64,000 bases of DNA from Candidatus Xenobia bacterium (GTDB lineage Bacteria; Vulcanimicrobiota; Xenobia; Xenobiales; QWHO01), in NCBI GenBank assembly GCA_045863235.1, contig BTUM01000010.1:1-64000 (forward strand). The letters run 5' to 3'. The notes under the pieces are model-generated. The model was given only the letters and a program-made list of their open reading frames with translations, made no database searches and was not told the origin of the DNA. Of this stretch, positions 31,059-41,327 are shown piece after piece. The position numbers were made by a program, and so were the translations under genes. The first letter of the stretch is position 1; every line of letters begins with the position of its first letter.

Positions 31059-31457
31059 CCGCGCGACCCAGTCCTGGACAAACAGCAAGGCCGTTTCAGG
31101 AGGGCTGCAGCAGGAGAGGAGAGACGGGGACCGCCAGCACATTCTGCAGATGAAGCACTTCCTGGCCCTCCCTGGTAGAGAAGCAGTCCTCGCGCCTCCG
31201 GGTCGTCCACGAGGCATCTTTGAAGCTCCAACACCCGAGCTCCCGGCACGTCTCCTCGTCCAGCCGACCAGCCGGCGTGCCAGCCCTCCATCAGCTCCGG
31301 CGGGTCCTTCCCGGCGCGTCCCACCGCCTCACCCAGTCCGTCGCTCCAGACCCGGATCCTCAGGCCGAGTGTCCTGGATTCTGGACAGCGATAGCATCCA
31401 GTCGTATACTTAGAGGTGCCCCAACAGGTCCACCGCAAAGTGCCCAGGGAGGTCTAC

Positions 31458-31706
31458 TTGCCGGGAGTAACAATGAAGGTGCCAAGCCAGACCCGAGATC
31501 GGATCCGCGCACTGGCCGAGCACTCTGGAAAATCCATGGCTGCTGTCATCGAGGAAGCCTTGACCTGTTTCGAGCGGTCGCTCCGGGCAGTGGAATACCT
31601 CGAGGGATGGAACCGATTCAAGCAGAACGATCCTGAGGGTTTTGCAGAGTACGCGCGTGAGTCCGAGCTGTTGGAGTCTGGTCTGAGCGATGCGGTCCCG
31701 GAGTAG
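31458..31706 (+). CDS. Ribbon-helix-helix-like antitoxin
   Basis: TMKVPSQTRDRIRALAE...MAAVIEEAL; overlaps the toxin start; TTG start after GGAGG inferred. Confidence 0.75.
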   Translation: MPGVTMKVPSQTRDRIRALAEHSGKSMAAVIEEALTCFERSLRAVEYLEGWNRFKQNDPEGFAEYARESELLESGLSDAVPE

Positions 31707-32049
31707 CCCTCAGCAAGGGGAGATCTGGCTGGCCGATTTGAATCCTCCGGTTGGCCATGAGCAAGCCGGTCCGCCTCGCCCGGTGCTGGTGCTTTCCGGA
31801 ACCATCATGAATCGAGCTCCATACAGCCTGTCCTTTGTCGTCCCTCTGACCACAAGATTACGAAAATTGCCAGGGCACATCTTTCTGGCCGCCAAAGAGT
31901 CGGGCTTGCGTGCCGACAGCGAGATCCTTTGCGAGCACCTTCGCTCCATCTCGCACCATCGCTTCAAGTCGAACTCGGCTATCGCGAAGGTGACGGAGGA
32001 AATCGTCCTTGAGGTCAAGCGCCATGTCATGATGCTGATGGAGCCGTGA
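31690..32049 (+). CDS. PemK/MazF-family toxin
   Basis: GEIWLADLNPPVGHEQ...RPVLVLS...VVPLTT...CEHLRSIS. Confidence 0.92.
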   Translation: MRSRSSPQQGEIWLADLNPPVGHEQAGPPRPVLVLSGTIMNRAPYSLSFVVPLTTRLRKLPGHIFLAAKESGLRADSEILCEHLRSISHHRFKSNSAIAKVTEEIVLEVKRHVMMLMEP

Positions 32050-32453
32050 TGACCCCAGAAGAGCGGCATGAGGCGGAATTTTGAGCTGTTCGCCCTTATC
32101 CGGACGACGTTGGGGAAAAGCCCGACCAGTGCGCATCGGATTTCCTCGGACCTTCACGCTCGACCAGGCCGAGCAGAACCAGCTCATTGCCCTGGGCGGC
32201 CCTTGCAGGAGGCTGCGAATCGCCAGCGAGCGCTCGAGACCCTGACCCTGGTCCAGCTGACGCAACAGGGGTTATGGGGTTGGGGATAAGGTCATCTGCC
32301 TTGTGCAGGCTCCAGAGGGCATGGGCTACCCAGTAGTCCTTCTCGACCAGACCCTCCAGTACCCCCTGCTTTGATTTTCCGGCGCCTCCCCTGTCGAAGC
32401 GACCAGTGCCTGAGTATGGCGTTCTCAGGCGATTCTCAAGAGCACTTGAGCCA

Positions 32454-32482
32454 TTGACAAAGTGTTTATGTTACACTATAAA
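32454..32482 (+). promoter_or_regulatory. Sigma70-type promoter with an overlapping AGTGT-N7-ACACT palindrome (NrtR-like operator)
   Basis: TTGACA (32454-59), 17-bp spacer, TATAAA (32477-82); palindrome at 32461-32477. Confidence 0.75.
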
Positions 32483-32521
32483 GAAAATAGATACTTTTCC
32501 GGGAAAGCGAGGGCGTCCGAG

Positions 32522-33967
32522 GTGAATCGAGCCTGGAGCCTGCCCAACGCGGCCGATGCCGCCCACTACCCGCCTCAGGCCTGTTTCGAGGCCGGCGAGC
32601 GCAACCATCACATCGCCAACACCGCCTACCCCATCGCCCACCAGCTGACCTGGAAGCCCTATCGGGTCGGCACCGAGCGCTACCAGTCCCTGGTGGCGCA
32701 GGCCTTCGAGGGCCTCGATCCCCTGCTGCTCTACGTCCACATTCCGTTCTGCGAAGTGCGCTGCGCCTACTGCGAGTACACCGTGGTCGGCCAGGACGAG
32801 CTGCACGGCACCGAGCAGTATTTGCGGCGCCTGCACCGCGAGCTCGAGCTCTATGCAGGTCTTCTCGGCTCGCGTCGGCTGGCGGGCTTTGACATCGGTG
32901 GCGGCACGCCGTCCTTTCTGGAGGGAGAGCAGATCGAGGCGTTGATGGAGAAAGTACGCCAGCACTTCGAGCTGCCCCCCGACGTGGTGGTCAGCATCGA
33001 GACCACGCCCCGCATCGCCGCACTGCAGCCGAACAGGCTGGCCAGGTTCCAACAGGCCGGGATCGGTCGCATCAGCATGGGCATCCAGGTCATCCAGCCC
33101 GATCTCCTCAAGGTGCTCGAGCGAGACGGCAACGGGGTGGAGCATCACTTCCGAGCCGTGGAGCACATCCGCGCGGCCGGCTTCACCGACTTCAACGTCG
33201 ACCTGATGTATGGATTTGCGCGCCAATCATTGGAAAGCTGGCGGGCCACCCTCGAGCACGCCCTGAGGCTCGCTCCCGAGGCCATCACGCTCTATCGCAT
33301 GCGCTACAAGCTCACCCGCATCTCCGAGCAGGCCTCGCAGGTGGCGCTCGAGGGGGTGCGCGCACAGGCCGAGCTGGCCAAGAAGATCCTGGCCGACCAC
33401 GGCTATCTGGCCAACCCGGGCAAGAACACCTACAGCCGCATTCCAGGCCATCCGGGCACCAGCGACTACATCACCCGCCGGGTCGTGGAGGGAATGCCCT
33501 ATCTCGGCCTGGGCCTGGGGGCCCAGAGCTTCACCCACACCACCGTCAGCTACAACGACGGCGCCGCCGGCAAGAACCTCAAGCCCTACCTGCGCTCGGT
33601 GGACGCCGGCGAACTGCCCCTGCAAGACCTCTATGACCTGCCGCGCGAGCACATGATGGCCAAGATGATCTGCGTGAGCTTCTACTTTGGCGAGGTGGAC
33701 CGGCCCGCCTTCCGGGCCAAGTTCGGACAGGACATCGACCAGGCCTACCCCGAGGAGGTGGCCTTCGCCCTCGAGCGAGGCTTCATGAGCCTGACAGGCG
33801 ACAAGCTCTCCATGACCGAGCTGGGAGCCCGCCACTTCAACGGCCTGGTAGCGCTGTTCCACGCTCCCTCGGTGAAACGCTACCTGCTCGAGCGCGACCC
33901 CGAGCAGGCCGAGGATATGCACCGCCACCGCAAGCTGGCCCTGGCCGTGGCCCGGAGGGCCTCATGA
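32522..33967 (+). CDS. HemN-like radical SAM protein
   Basis: LYVHIPFCEVRCAYC, GGGTPS, RISMGIQ, NVDLMYG, YLGLGLGA; GTG start inferred downstream of the promoter. Confidence 0.9.
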   Translation: MNRAWSLPNAADAAHYPPQACFEAGERNHHIANTAYPIAHQLTWKPYRVGTERYQSLVAQAFEGLDPLLLYVHIPFCEVRCAYCEYTVVGQDELHGTEQYLRRLHRELELYAGLLGSRRLAGFDIGGGTPSFLEGEQIEALMEKVRQHFELPPDVVVSIETTPRIAALQPNRLARFQQAGIGRISMGIQVIQPDLLKVLERDGNGVEHHFRAVEHIRAAGFTDFNVDLMYGFARQSLESWRATLEHALRLAPEAITLYRMRYKLTRISEQASQVALEGVRAQAELAKKILADHGYLANPGKNTYSRIPGHPGTSDYITRRVVEGMPYLGLGLGAQSFTHTTVSYNDGAAGKNLKPYLRSVDAGELPLQDLYDLPREHMMAKMICVSFYFGEVDRPAFRAKFGQDIDQAYPEEVAFALERGFMSLTGDKLSMTELGARHFNGLVALFHAPSVKRYLLERDPEQAEDMHRHRKLALAVARRAS

Positions 33968-34719
33968 CCGACTTTGCCAACATCCTGTTCGGGGGCCCCT
34001 GCAACCGGCGTTGCCCCTTCTGCATCGGCCAGCAGCTGCCATGGGCGGTGCGCCAGGACAACCTCGACCGGTTCCCGCCCACCAACCTGGGCTCCCTGAT
34101 CGAGGCCGTCAACCGGCTCGGCGTGCGCCAGATCGTCTTCACCGGCACCACCACCGACCCCCAGCTCTACCGTCACGAGAGTCGCCTGCTCGAGCTGCTG
34201 CGCCGTGAGGTGGTCACCGGGGCCAGCTACTCGCTCCACTCCAACGGCGCCCTGGCGCTGAAAAAGATGGAGGTCTTCAACCAGTATGACAAGGCCTGCC
34301 TGTCGCTGCCTTCGTTCAATCGGGATACCTACCAGCGCATGATGGGGGCCAACACGAAGGTGCCCGACCTGGCGAAGATCCTCGAGCGGTCGACCATTCC
34401 GGTGAAGATCTCCTGCATCATCAACGAGCACAACGCCCACGAGCTGGAGAGCTTTCTGGCTCAGTGCCAGCGCCTGGGGGTCGAGCGGGTCGTCCTCAGG
34501 CGCCTGCTGGGCGAGACCCGACTGTGGCAGGTCCCGCGCTTGCGCCCGGTTCGATTCTACCGGGGAAACCCGGTCTACGATCTGAAGGGAATGGAGGTCA
34601 CTTGCTGGAGCTTCGAGGAGACCAGCTCCACCAGCCTGAACCTGTTCCCCGACGGTACTCTGACCGACGACTACCTCCTCACCCGAGTCGGGGAAACTCT
34701 CGTGAGGGCCGCCGGTTAG
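33964..34719 (+). CDS. Radical SAM protein
   Basis: CNRRCPFC motif; ATGA coupling to the upstream gene. Confidence 0.88.
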   Translation: MTDFANILFGGPCNRRCPFCIGQQLPWAVRQDNLDRFPPTNLGSLIEAVNRLGVRQIVFTGTTTDPQLYRHESRLLELLRREVVTGASYSLHSNGALALKKMEVFNQYDKACLSLPSFNRDTYQRMMGANTKVPDLAKILERSTIPVKISCIINEHNAHELESFLAQCQRLGVERVVLRRLLGETRLWQVPRLRPVRFYRGNPVYDLKGMEVTCWSFEETSSTSLNLFPDGTLTDDYLLTRVGETLVRAAG

Positions 34720-34743
34720 ACTCCGGACAAGGGGAGGTGCTCG

Positions 34744-35133
34744 ATGCGAATCGTCTGGATGGCCCTGCTGGGCCTGCTCTTGCTCGCGCCCGGGATGGCG
34801 CAGAAGAAATCTCCGCCCAGCGTGGGGATGAAGCTCGTCAAGCTGGACAAAACCACCACCGCCAATCCCAACGAGAGCCTCTACGAGCTCTCCCTCGAGC
34901 TCACCAACACCGGCCCAGAGCTGGTGCGCTTCAACAACAACGAAGTGTTGCTGGTGGACGATCAGGACAAGTACCACCGGGTGGTCCGCCTGCGCAACCG
35001 TCAGGTGATGATCCTCAAGCCCGGCGAATCGGTCGTGGCCGACCGCATGTTCTACCAGCTGCCCAACGGTGTCAAGCCCAAACGTGCCGTGCTGCGGGTG
35101 GGGAACAAGATTCTGGGGGAGACCGCCCTCTAG
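34744..35133 (+). CDS. Exported beta-sandwich protein (DUF4352-like)
   Basis: Signal peptide; LELTNTG...LKPGES motif. Confidence 0.7.
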   Translation: MRIVWMALLGLLLLAPGMAQKKSPPSVGMKLVKLDKTTTANPNESLYELSLELTNTGPELVRFNNNEVLLVDDQDKYHRVVRLRNRQVMILKPGESVVADRMFYQLPNGVKPKRAVLRVGNKILGETAL

Positions 35134-35162
35134 AAGTCCGGCCTCAATACGGAAGCACTGCC

Positions 35163-37391
35163 TCAGGCGACAGATTCACCGCGCGCGGGGGCGTCCGGTT
35201 GCAGGCGCAGCACCACGCCGTGGGAGCCGTCCACCTCCAGTTCGTCGCCGTCGCGCACGGCGGCCATCAGGCCGTGCACTCCCAGCACCGCTGGAATGCC
35301 CACCTCGCGGGCCACCACCGCCCCGTGCGAGAGCACGCCGCCCACCTCCACCACCACCGCCGACGCCAGCGAGAACAGGGGGGTCCAGCAGGGGTCGGTG
35401 GTGGTGGTCACCAGCACCTCGCCTGGCTGCAGGCGCTCGGCCTCTTGCAGTGAGAGCAGGACCCGGGCCTTCCCTCGGGCCAGGCCAGGGCTTCCCGCGA
35501 TGCCCTGCAGAACCGTCCCGGTGGGCGGCTGGGGGAAGTAGAGCCGCAGACCGCCCGGGCCCTGCACCCGGTGAAGCGGGCAGGGACGGGCCTGCGCGCG
35601 CCGGTGCAAGACCTTGCGTCGCTCGACCAGCCCGGGCTCGGGCTGTTTTCCATCGATCAGCGCCTCCACCTCGGCCGGATAGAGGTAGGTCAGCTCCACC
35701 CCCAGCCGCCGCTCCAGCTCGTGCAGGTAAGCGCGTCCCACGGCCAGGCGCCGATGGATCAGGAACTTGGTGTTCTCGCGATGAGGCGCGGCTGCCCGGG
35801 CCAGGGCCAGGACCACCCGCAAGTGGAGCTGGCGCCACCAGGGCTGGCCTCGCAGCAGCTCGTCCTCGGCCTGGCGGCGCTGCTCGGACAGCCTGGCCAG
35901 GTAGGCCTCGCGGCCGTGTACTTCTCCCGCCTCGCGCAGCCGCGCCACCATGGCCAGCACCGGAGCCGGGTCGTCGCGCCAGGTGGGCTCATTGAGGTCC
36001 AGCGAGCCCGGGCCAAGATGGCCGTATTCTTCGAGGTAGCTCTCGAGCGAGGCAGGGGGGTCGCTGGCCAGGTCCCGCAAAGCGGCCGCGGCCGAGGCGA
36101 AGCGGAAAGTGCCCAGCCCCTGCAGCAGCCGGGAGGCCCGCTCGCGCGAGCCGGCCAGCTCTTCGAGCCGGGCCAGGGCCGCGAAGGCCGCGGCCGAGCC
36201 CAGGACGTGAAGGTGAAAGGCGGCTCGCAGGTCGAGCCCACGCTGAATGGCCTGCCAGAGCTCGCGCGAGGTCATCTGCTCGAAGGAGTCAGGTATCCGC
36301 CAGCGCTCTCGCTCGAAGGCACGATAGCGGGAGGGAAAGGTCGCCAGGCCCCAGAGCAACCTGGCCAGGTTGGGCAGCATCCCCGGGCTGAATCGAAGCC
36401 GGGGCGACTCGCGGTGCTCGCCCACCAGGATGCCCTCGACCAGCACGCGAGGGTTCTCGATGGGAAGCTGGGCCACGATGGCCTCCAGCGCGGTCACGTT
36501 GAGAAAGACGCGCCCCTGGAAGACGCCCATGGCCTGCTGATCGGGAGCGGGGCGGGCTCCCAGCAGGCCCAGCGAGGCCATGAAAGCCTCGTGGATCAGC
36601 TCCACCATCAGCACTTGCATGAGCGGGGTGAGCACATTGGGCAGGGCCTCGCGAGCGTTGACGCTGGTCCAGTGCGTCTCGTCCGGACCCACCGGCGGGC
36701 TCTCGCGGGGGCCCAGGAAATGCAGACTGGCATCCTCACCGGTGGCGGTAACCGGGCGCACCTGCAGCCAGACGACCTGGCTCCGCGCCTCGGCCCACTC
36801 GAAGTCGAGCGGAGCTCCCATCTCGAGTCGCTCCTGGAGGCACAGTGCCTCTCGCACCAGGGACAGCTCCGAGCCGGGCTCGTGCCACTCGCGCTGGCCG
36901 GCCACGGTGCCGCCCACCAGCCCCTCGGCCGTGCCCGGGCACCACTCCACCAGGATGCGATCGCGGCTACCGCTGACCGGGTCACAGGTGAAGAGCACTC
37001 CAGCCCGCTCGGCTGCTACCATGGGCTGGATCAGCACGCTCAGAGTCCCACCCGCCCCATAGCTCCGGGCGCGCTGGGAATCAGCGCTGGCCCGGCAGGC
37101 CCGGATGGCCCGGGGCAGATCGGCCTGCTCCACCCTGAGCAGGCTCTCGAACTGGCCGGCGTAAGAACGTTGCGGACCATCCTCGGCGGCGGCACTCGAG
37201 CGCACCGCATACGGGCCCGGGCCCAGCAGCTCGGCCACCCGGGCGGCCAGCGCCTCAGGCTCGTCCTGGGGAGGGAGACAGACGGTGGGAGGGATGCTCG
37301 CTCCGGCTCGGAGCAGCATCCACAGGCCCCGGCCCTTGCCGCCCAACTCCAGGCGCTGGGAGTCACTCAGATCTCGCGCCAGAAGAAACAT
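35163..37391 (-). CDS. PEP-utilizing/PPDK-family phosphotransferase (rifampin-phosphotransferase-like architecture)
   Basis: GGKG, AVRSSAAAEDG..SYAGQFES, LQVRPVT; C-terminal TDPCWTPLF...GGVLSHGAVVARE. Confidence 0.88.
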   Translation of the reverse strand: MFLLARDLSDSQRLELGGKGRGLWMLLRAGASIPPTVCLPPQDEPEALAARVAELLGPGPYAVRSSAAAEDGPQRSYAGQFESLLRVEQADLPRAIRACRASADSQRARSYGAGGTLSVLIQPMVAAERAGVLFTCDPVSGSRDRILVEWCPGTAEGLVGGTVAGQREWHEPGSELSLVREALCLQERLEMGAPLDFEWAEARSQVVWLQVRPVTATGEDASLHFLGPRESPPVGPDETHWTSVNAREALPNVLTPLMQVLMVELIHEAFMASLGLLGARPAPDQQAMGVFQGRVFLNVTALEAIVAQLPIENPRVLVEGILVGEHRESPRLRFSPGMLPNLARLLWGLATFPSRYRAFERERWRIPDSFEQMTSRELWQAIQRGLDLRAAFHLHVLGSAAAFAALARLEELAGSRERASRLLQGLGTFRFASAAAALRDLASDPPASLESYLEEYGHLGPGSLDLNEPTWRDDPAPVLAMVARLREAGEVHGREAYLARLSEQRRQAEDELLRGQPWWRQLHLRVVLALARAAAPHRENTKFLIHRRLAVGRAYLHELERRLGVELTYLYPAEVEALIDGKQPEPGLVERRKVLHRRAQARPCPLHRVQGPGGLRLYFPQPPTGTVLQGIAGSPGLARGKARVLLSLQEAERLQPGEVLVTTTTDPCWTPLFSLASAVVVEVGGVLSHGAVVAREVGIPAVLGVHGLMAAVRDGDELEVDGSHGVVLRLQPDAPARGESVA

Positions 37392-37722
37392 CCCTCGGCC
37401 TTCGGGGCCCCCTCCTCGGAACCTGGAACTCGGCACTGGTGGGCGGAGTCCCCCACAGAAGCTGGTGCTGTTCAATCTCTTCCGCGACGGAACCGAGCTG
37501 GAGGTGGCCTTGCCGCGCGCCGAGCTGTCGGACATCGCTGAGCCGAACGGGCCGCTCGGGCCATAAAGCGCCGGGCCGCACCCCGGCGAGCCTCTTTGCA
37601 GTGACCTGGCCAGCGAACTCCATTGGGAGCGATCAGGCCTACCGTGGCGGGCGAGGGGCGCAGCCTGGCGGATGCCCGAACCAGCGAAGGCACCCGGCCA
37701 GGTGCCGGCGAAGCGCGCGTGC

Positions 37723-38475
37723 ATGAGTGGAGCAGTGTTCATCACCGGCGCCTCGGCCGGAATCGGGGCCGCCTGCGCGCGAGCCTTCGCCCGCGAAGGG
37801 CGCGAACTCATCCTGGCGGCCCGGCGGCTCGACCGGCTCGAGCAGCTCAAAAATGAACTGGGCAGCAAGGTCAGAGTGGACGTGTTCGGACTCGACGTCA
37901 CCGACCGCCAGGCGGTCATCGACCTGGTCCAAAACCAGGCCGAAGTCTTCGAGCGCACGGAGGTTCTGCTCAACAACGCCGGCATGGCGCTCGGGCGCGA
38001 GCCGCTGCACGCGGGCAACCCGGAGGATTGGGACCGCATGCTCGACCTGAACGTGAAGGGCTTCCTCTATGTGTTGCACGCCGTGCTGCCCATCCTGATT
38101 CGGCGGGGCACCGGGCACGTCGTCAATCTCAGCTCGGCGGCCGGGCACTACATGTATCCCAACGGCAACGTCTACGCCGCCAGCAAGTTCGCCGTCAAGG
38201 GGCTGACCGAAGGGCTGCGGATGGACCTGCACGGCAAGAGCATCCGGGTGACCAGCATCTCACCGGGTATGGTCGAGACCGAGTTCAGCGTGGTGCGCTT
38301 TGGCGACGAGGAGAAAGCCAGAGCCATCTACCAGGGTTTCACCCCGCTCGATCCCGAGGACGTGGCTGACGCCGTCCTGTGGGCCGTGACCCGGCCTCCC
38401 CACGTCAACATTGCTGACATCCTGATGTTCCCCACCGCCCAGTCGCGCATCGACGCCGTCCACCGGGGCCCCTAG
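37723..38475 (+). CDS. SDR oxidoreductase (YdfG-like)
   Basis: ITGASAGIG, NNAG, YAASK, PGMVETEFS. Confidence 0.92.
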   Translation: MSGAVFITGASAGIGAACARAFAREGRELILAARRLDRLEQLKNELGSKVRVDVFGLDVTDRQAVIDLVQNQAEVFERTEVLLNNAGMALGREPLHAGNPEDWDRMLDLNVKGFLYVLHAVLPILIRRGTGHVVNLSSAAGHYMYPNGNVYAASKFAVKGLTEGLRMDLHGKSIRVTSISPGMVETEFSVVRFGDEEKARAIYQGFTPLDPEDVADAVLWAVTRPPHVNIADILMFPTAQSRIDAVHRGP

Positions 38476-38555
38476 CAAGCAAACCGCAAGACCTCTTGTC
38501 ACGCCCTGCCCCGGGCGGCTGTAGGATTTCGCCCCCGGCGCGCGAACGCGCCCTG

Positions 38556-41285
38556 ATGTTTCGCCGTAGCTCCGTTCTGCTGTTTGTTTTCCTTCTGACT
38601 CTGGGCGTCCAGGCCCAGGCCCCTCCCAAGCTGCCGCCCGGCGTGCGCCAGGTCACCAGCGTCGAGGGCATCACCGAGTACCAGCTCCAGAACGGGCTCA
38701 AGGTCTTGCTCTTCCCCGACCCGTCCTCCTCGGACATCACCGTCAACATCACCTACCTGGTCGGCTCCAACCACGAGGGCTATGGCGAGAAGGGCATGGC
38801 CCACCTGCTCGAGCACCTGCTCTTCAAGGGCAGCAAGAACCACAAGAACATCCCTCAAGAGCTGACCGCCCACGGCGCCCGGCCCAACGGCACCACCTCC
38901 CAGGACCGCACCAATTACTTCGAGTCCTTCCGCGCCTCTGACGAGAACCTCAAGTGGGCTCTGGACCTGGAAGCAGACCGCATGGTCAACTCCTTCGTGG
39001 CCAAAAAGGACCTCGACTCGGAGATGACCGTGGTGCGCAACGAGTTCGAGTCGGGCGAGAACGACCCGTTCGGGGTGCTGCTCAACAAGACCATGTCCAC
39101 CGCCTTCCTGTGGCACGCCTACGGACAGACCACCATCGGCAACCGCTCCGACATTGAGAAGGTGCCCATCGAGCGGCTGCAGGCCTTCTACAAGCGCTAC
39201 TACCAGCCCGACAACGCCATGTTGATCGTGGCCGGCAAGATCGATCCCGCCCGCACCCTGGCGCTGGTCCAGGCTACTTTTGGCAAGATCCCCAAACCAA
39301 CGCGCAAGTTGATCAAGCCTTACACCATCGAGCCCACCCAGGACGGCGAGCGGGCCCTCATCTTGCGACGAGTGGGGGACATCCAGGCGGTGCTGGCCGC
39401 CTACCACGTGCCCCCCGGCAGCCACGAGGACTTCGCAGCCCTGGACGTGATGTGCGAGATCCTCTCCGATACCCCCTCGGGCCGCCTCTACAAGGCCCTG
39501 GTGGAGTCGGGCAAGGCCACGGCCGTCTTCGGAGGAGCCTTCCAACTGCGCGACCCGGGGCTGGCCCTGTTCGCCGCCCAGGTCCGTAAGGACGGCCCCC
39601 TGGCCGAGGTCAAGGACATCCTGATCCAGGTGGTTCAGGAGATGCCCGCCAGCGAGCCGACCGCCGAAGAGGTGGAGCGGGCCAAGCTGGGTCTGCTCAA
39701 AAGCGTCGAGCTGACGCTCAACTCCAGCGAGCGGCTGGCCCTGCAACTCTCCGAGTGGGAGGCCATGGGCGACTGGCGGCTCTTCTTCCTCTACCGAGAC
39801 CGCATCGAGAAAGTCACACCGGCCGACGTGCAGCGGGTGGCCAAAGCTTACCTCAAGACCTCCAACCGCACCGTGGGCGAGTTCATCCCCACCGATGCGC
39901 CCGAGCGGGCCTCCATTCCCGAGACCGGCGAGCCCTCCGCCCACGTGCGGGGCTACACCGGCCGGGCGGCGATAGCCCAGGGCGAGGCATTCGAGGCCTC
40001 CCCGGCCAACATCGACAAGCGCACCCGGGTCGTGCCCCTGGAAGGGGGCATCGAGATGGCCCTCCTGCCCAAGAAAACCCGCGGCGAGACGGTCTTCGTG
40101 AGCATGATCTTCCGCTTCGGCAGCCTGTCGGACCTGCAGCACCTCGACCACGTGGCCGCCTTCACGGGCAGCATGCTGATGCGAGGCACGAAGCAACGCA
40201 CCCGCGAGCAGATCCAGGATGAGCTCGACCGACTCAAGGCGCGCATGTCGATCGGGGGCGGCGCCACGTCGGCCACAGTCAGCATCGAGACCACCCGGGC
40301 TAACCTGCCCGCCGTGCTCAAGCTGGCCCGCGAGGTGCTGCGCGAGCCTTCTTTCCCCGAAGCCGAGTTCAAGGTCTTGATGGAGCAGAGCATCGCCGGT
40401 CTGGAGAGCCAGAAGAGCGAGCCCGAGACGCTCGCCAGCATCGCCTCCAGCCTGCACATGGACCCCTATCCGGTGGGCGATCCGCGCCACCCCGAGACGC
40501 TCGACGAGGCCATCGCCAACGAGAAGAAGGTCACCCTGGAGCAAGTGAAGGCCTTCCATCAGGGCTTTTACGGCGCCAGCAACGTCCAGATCGGGGTGGT
40601 GGGCGACTTCGACGAGGAAGCCACCCAGCGGCTGCTGACCGAGCTGTTCGCCGACTGGAAGAGCCCCAGGAAGTTCGAGCGCCTGGTCAACCAGTACTTC
40701 GACGTGAAGGTGGCCCACGAGAGCATCTACGTGCCGGACAAGGCCAACGTGACCATCCTGGGCAACCTCAACCTCAAGCTGCAGGACACCGACCCCGACT
40801 ACCCGGCCCTGGTGCTGGGCAACTTCCTGCTGGGGGGCGGGTTCCTCAACTCGCGCCTGGCCACCCGCATTCGCCAGAAGGAGGGCCTCAGCTACGGCGT
40901 GGGGTCTAGCCTCTCGGGCGGCAGCCTGGACCCGGTGGGCGAGTTCTCGTTCTACGCCATCTGTGCCCCCGAGAACGCCGACAAGGTCGAGAAAGCCTTC
41001 CGCGAGGAGCTGCAAAAGGTGCTCGACGTGGGCTACACCGCCGACGAGGTCAAGGCCGCGCTGGCCGGTTACCTGCAGATGCGCGAGGGCTCTCGGGCCA
41101 AGGACTCGAGCCTGACCGGCAAGCTGGCCTCCAACCTCTACCTCGACCGCACCATGGCCTGGGACCAGGCTTTCGAGGACAAGCTGCGCAAGCTGACTCC
41201 GGACGAGATTCGGGTGGCCATGAAAAAGCACATCGACCCCGCTCGCATCTCCATCTTCCGTTCCGGCACGCTGCCCCAGAAATGA
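38556..41285 (+). CDS. Exported M16-family zinc protease
   Basis: Signal peptide; AHLLEHLLFKG (HxxEH); NGTT..DRTNY; IRQKEGLSY. Confidence 0.93.
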   Translation: MFRRSSVLLFVFLLTLGVQAQAPPKLPPGVRQVTSVEGITEYQLQNGLKVLLFPDPSSSDITVNITYLVGSNHEGYGEKGMAHLLEHLLFKGSKNHKNIPQELTAHGARPNGTTSQDRTNYFESFRASDENLKWALDLEADRMVNSFVAKKDLDSEMTVVRNEFESGENDPFGVLLNKTMSTAFLWHAYGQTTIGNRSDIEKVPIERLQAFYKRYYQPDNAMLIVAGKIDPARTLALVQATFGKIPKPTRKLIKPYTIEPTQDGERALILRRVGDIQAVLAAYHVPPGSHEDFAALDVMCEILSDTPSGRLYKALVESGKATAVFGGAFQLRDPGLALFAAQVRKDGPLAEVKDILIQVVQEMPASEPTAEEVERAKLGLLKSVELTLNSSERLALQLSEWEAMGDWRLFFLYRDRIEKVTPADVQRVAKAYLKTSNRTVGEFIPTDAPERASIPETGEPSAHVRGYTGRAAIAQGEAFEASPANIDKRTRVVPLEGGIEMALLPKKTRGETVFVSMIFRFGSLSDLQHLDHVAAFTGSMLMRGTKQRTREQIQDELDRLKARMSIGGGATSATVSIETTRANLPAVLKLAREVLREPSFPEAEFKVLMEQSIAGLESQKSEPETLASIASSLHMDPYPVGDPRHPETLDEAIANEKKVTLEQVKAFHQGFYGASNVQIGVVGDFDEEATQRLLTELFADWKSPRKFERLVNQYFDVKVAHESIYVPDKANVTILGNLNLKLQDTDPDYPALVLGNFLLGGGFLNSRLATRIRQKEGLSYGVGSSLSGGSLDPVGEFSFYAICAPENADKVEKAFREELQKVLDVGYTADEVKAALAGYLQMREGSRAKDSSLTGKLASNLYLDRTMAWDQAFEDKLRKLTPDEIRVAMKKHIDPARISIFRSGTLPQK

Positions 41286-41286
41286 C

Positions 41287-41314
41287 AAAAGCCCGGCCTT
41301 CCGCCGGGCTTCTT
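41287..41314. terminator. Probable bidirectional intrinsic terminator
   Basis: AAAA-GCCCGGC-CTTCC-GCCGGGC-TTCTT between convergent genes. Confidence 0.8.
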
Positions 41315-41327
41315 CAAGTTGACGGCT

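Noticed and set aside
32068..32400. Short ORF after the TA module
   Set aside because: No recognisable motif; probably a gene remnant, cannot be supported
38499..41288. 929-aa antisense ORF mirroring the M16 peptidase
   Set aside because: Shadow ORF caused by high-GC codon bias; the plus strand carries the recognisable motifs
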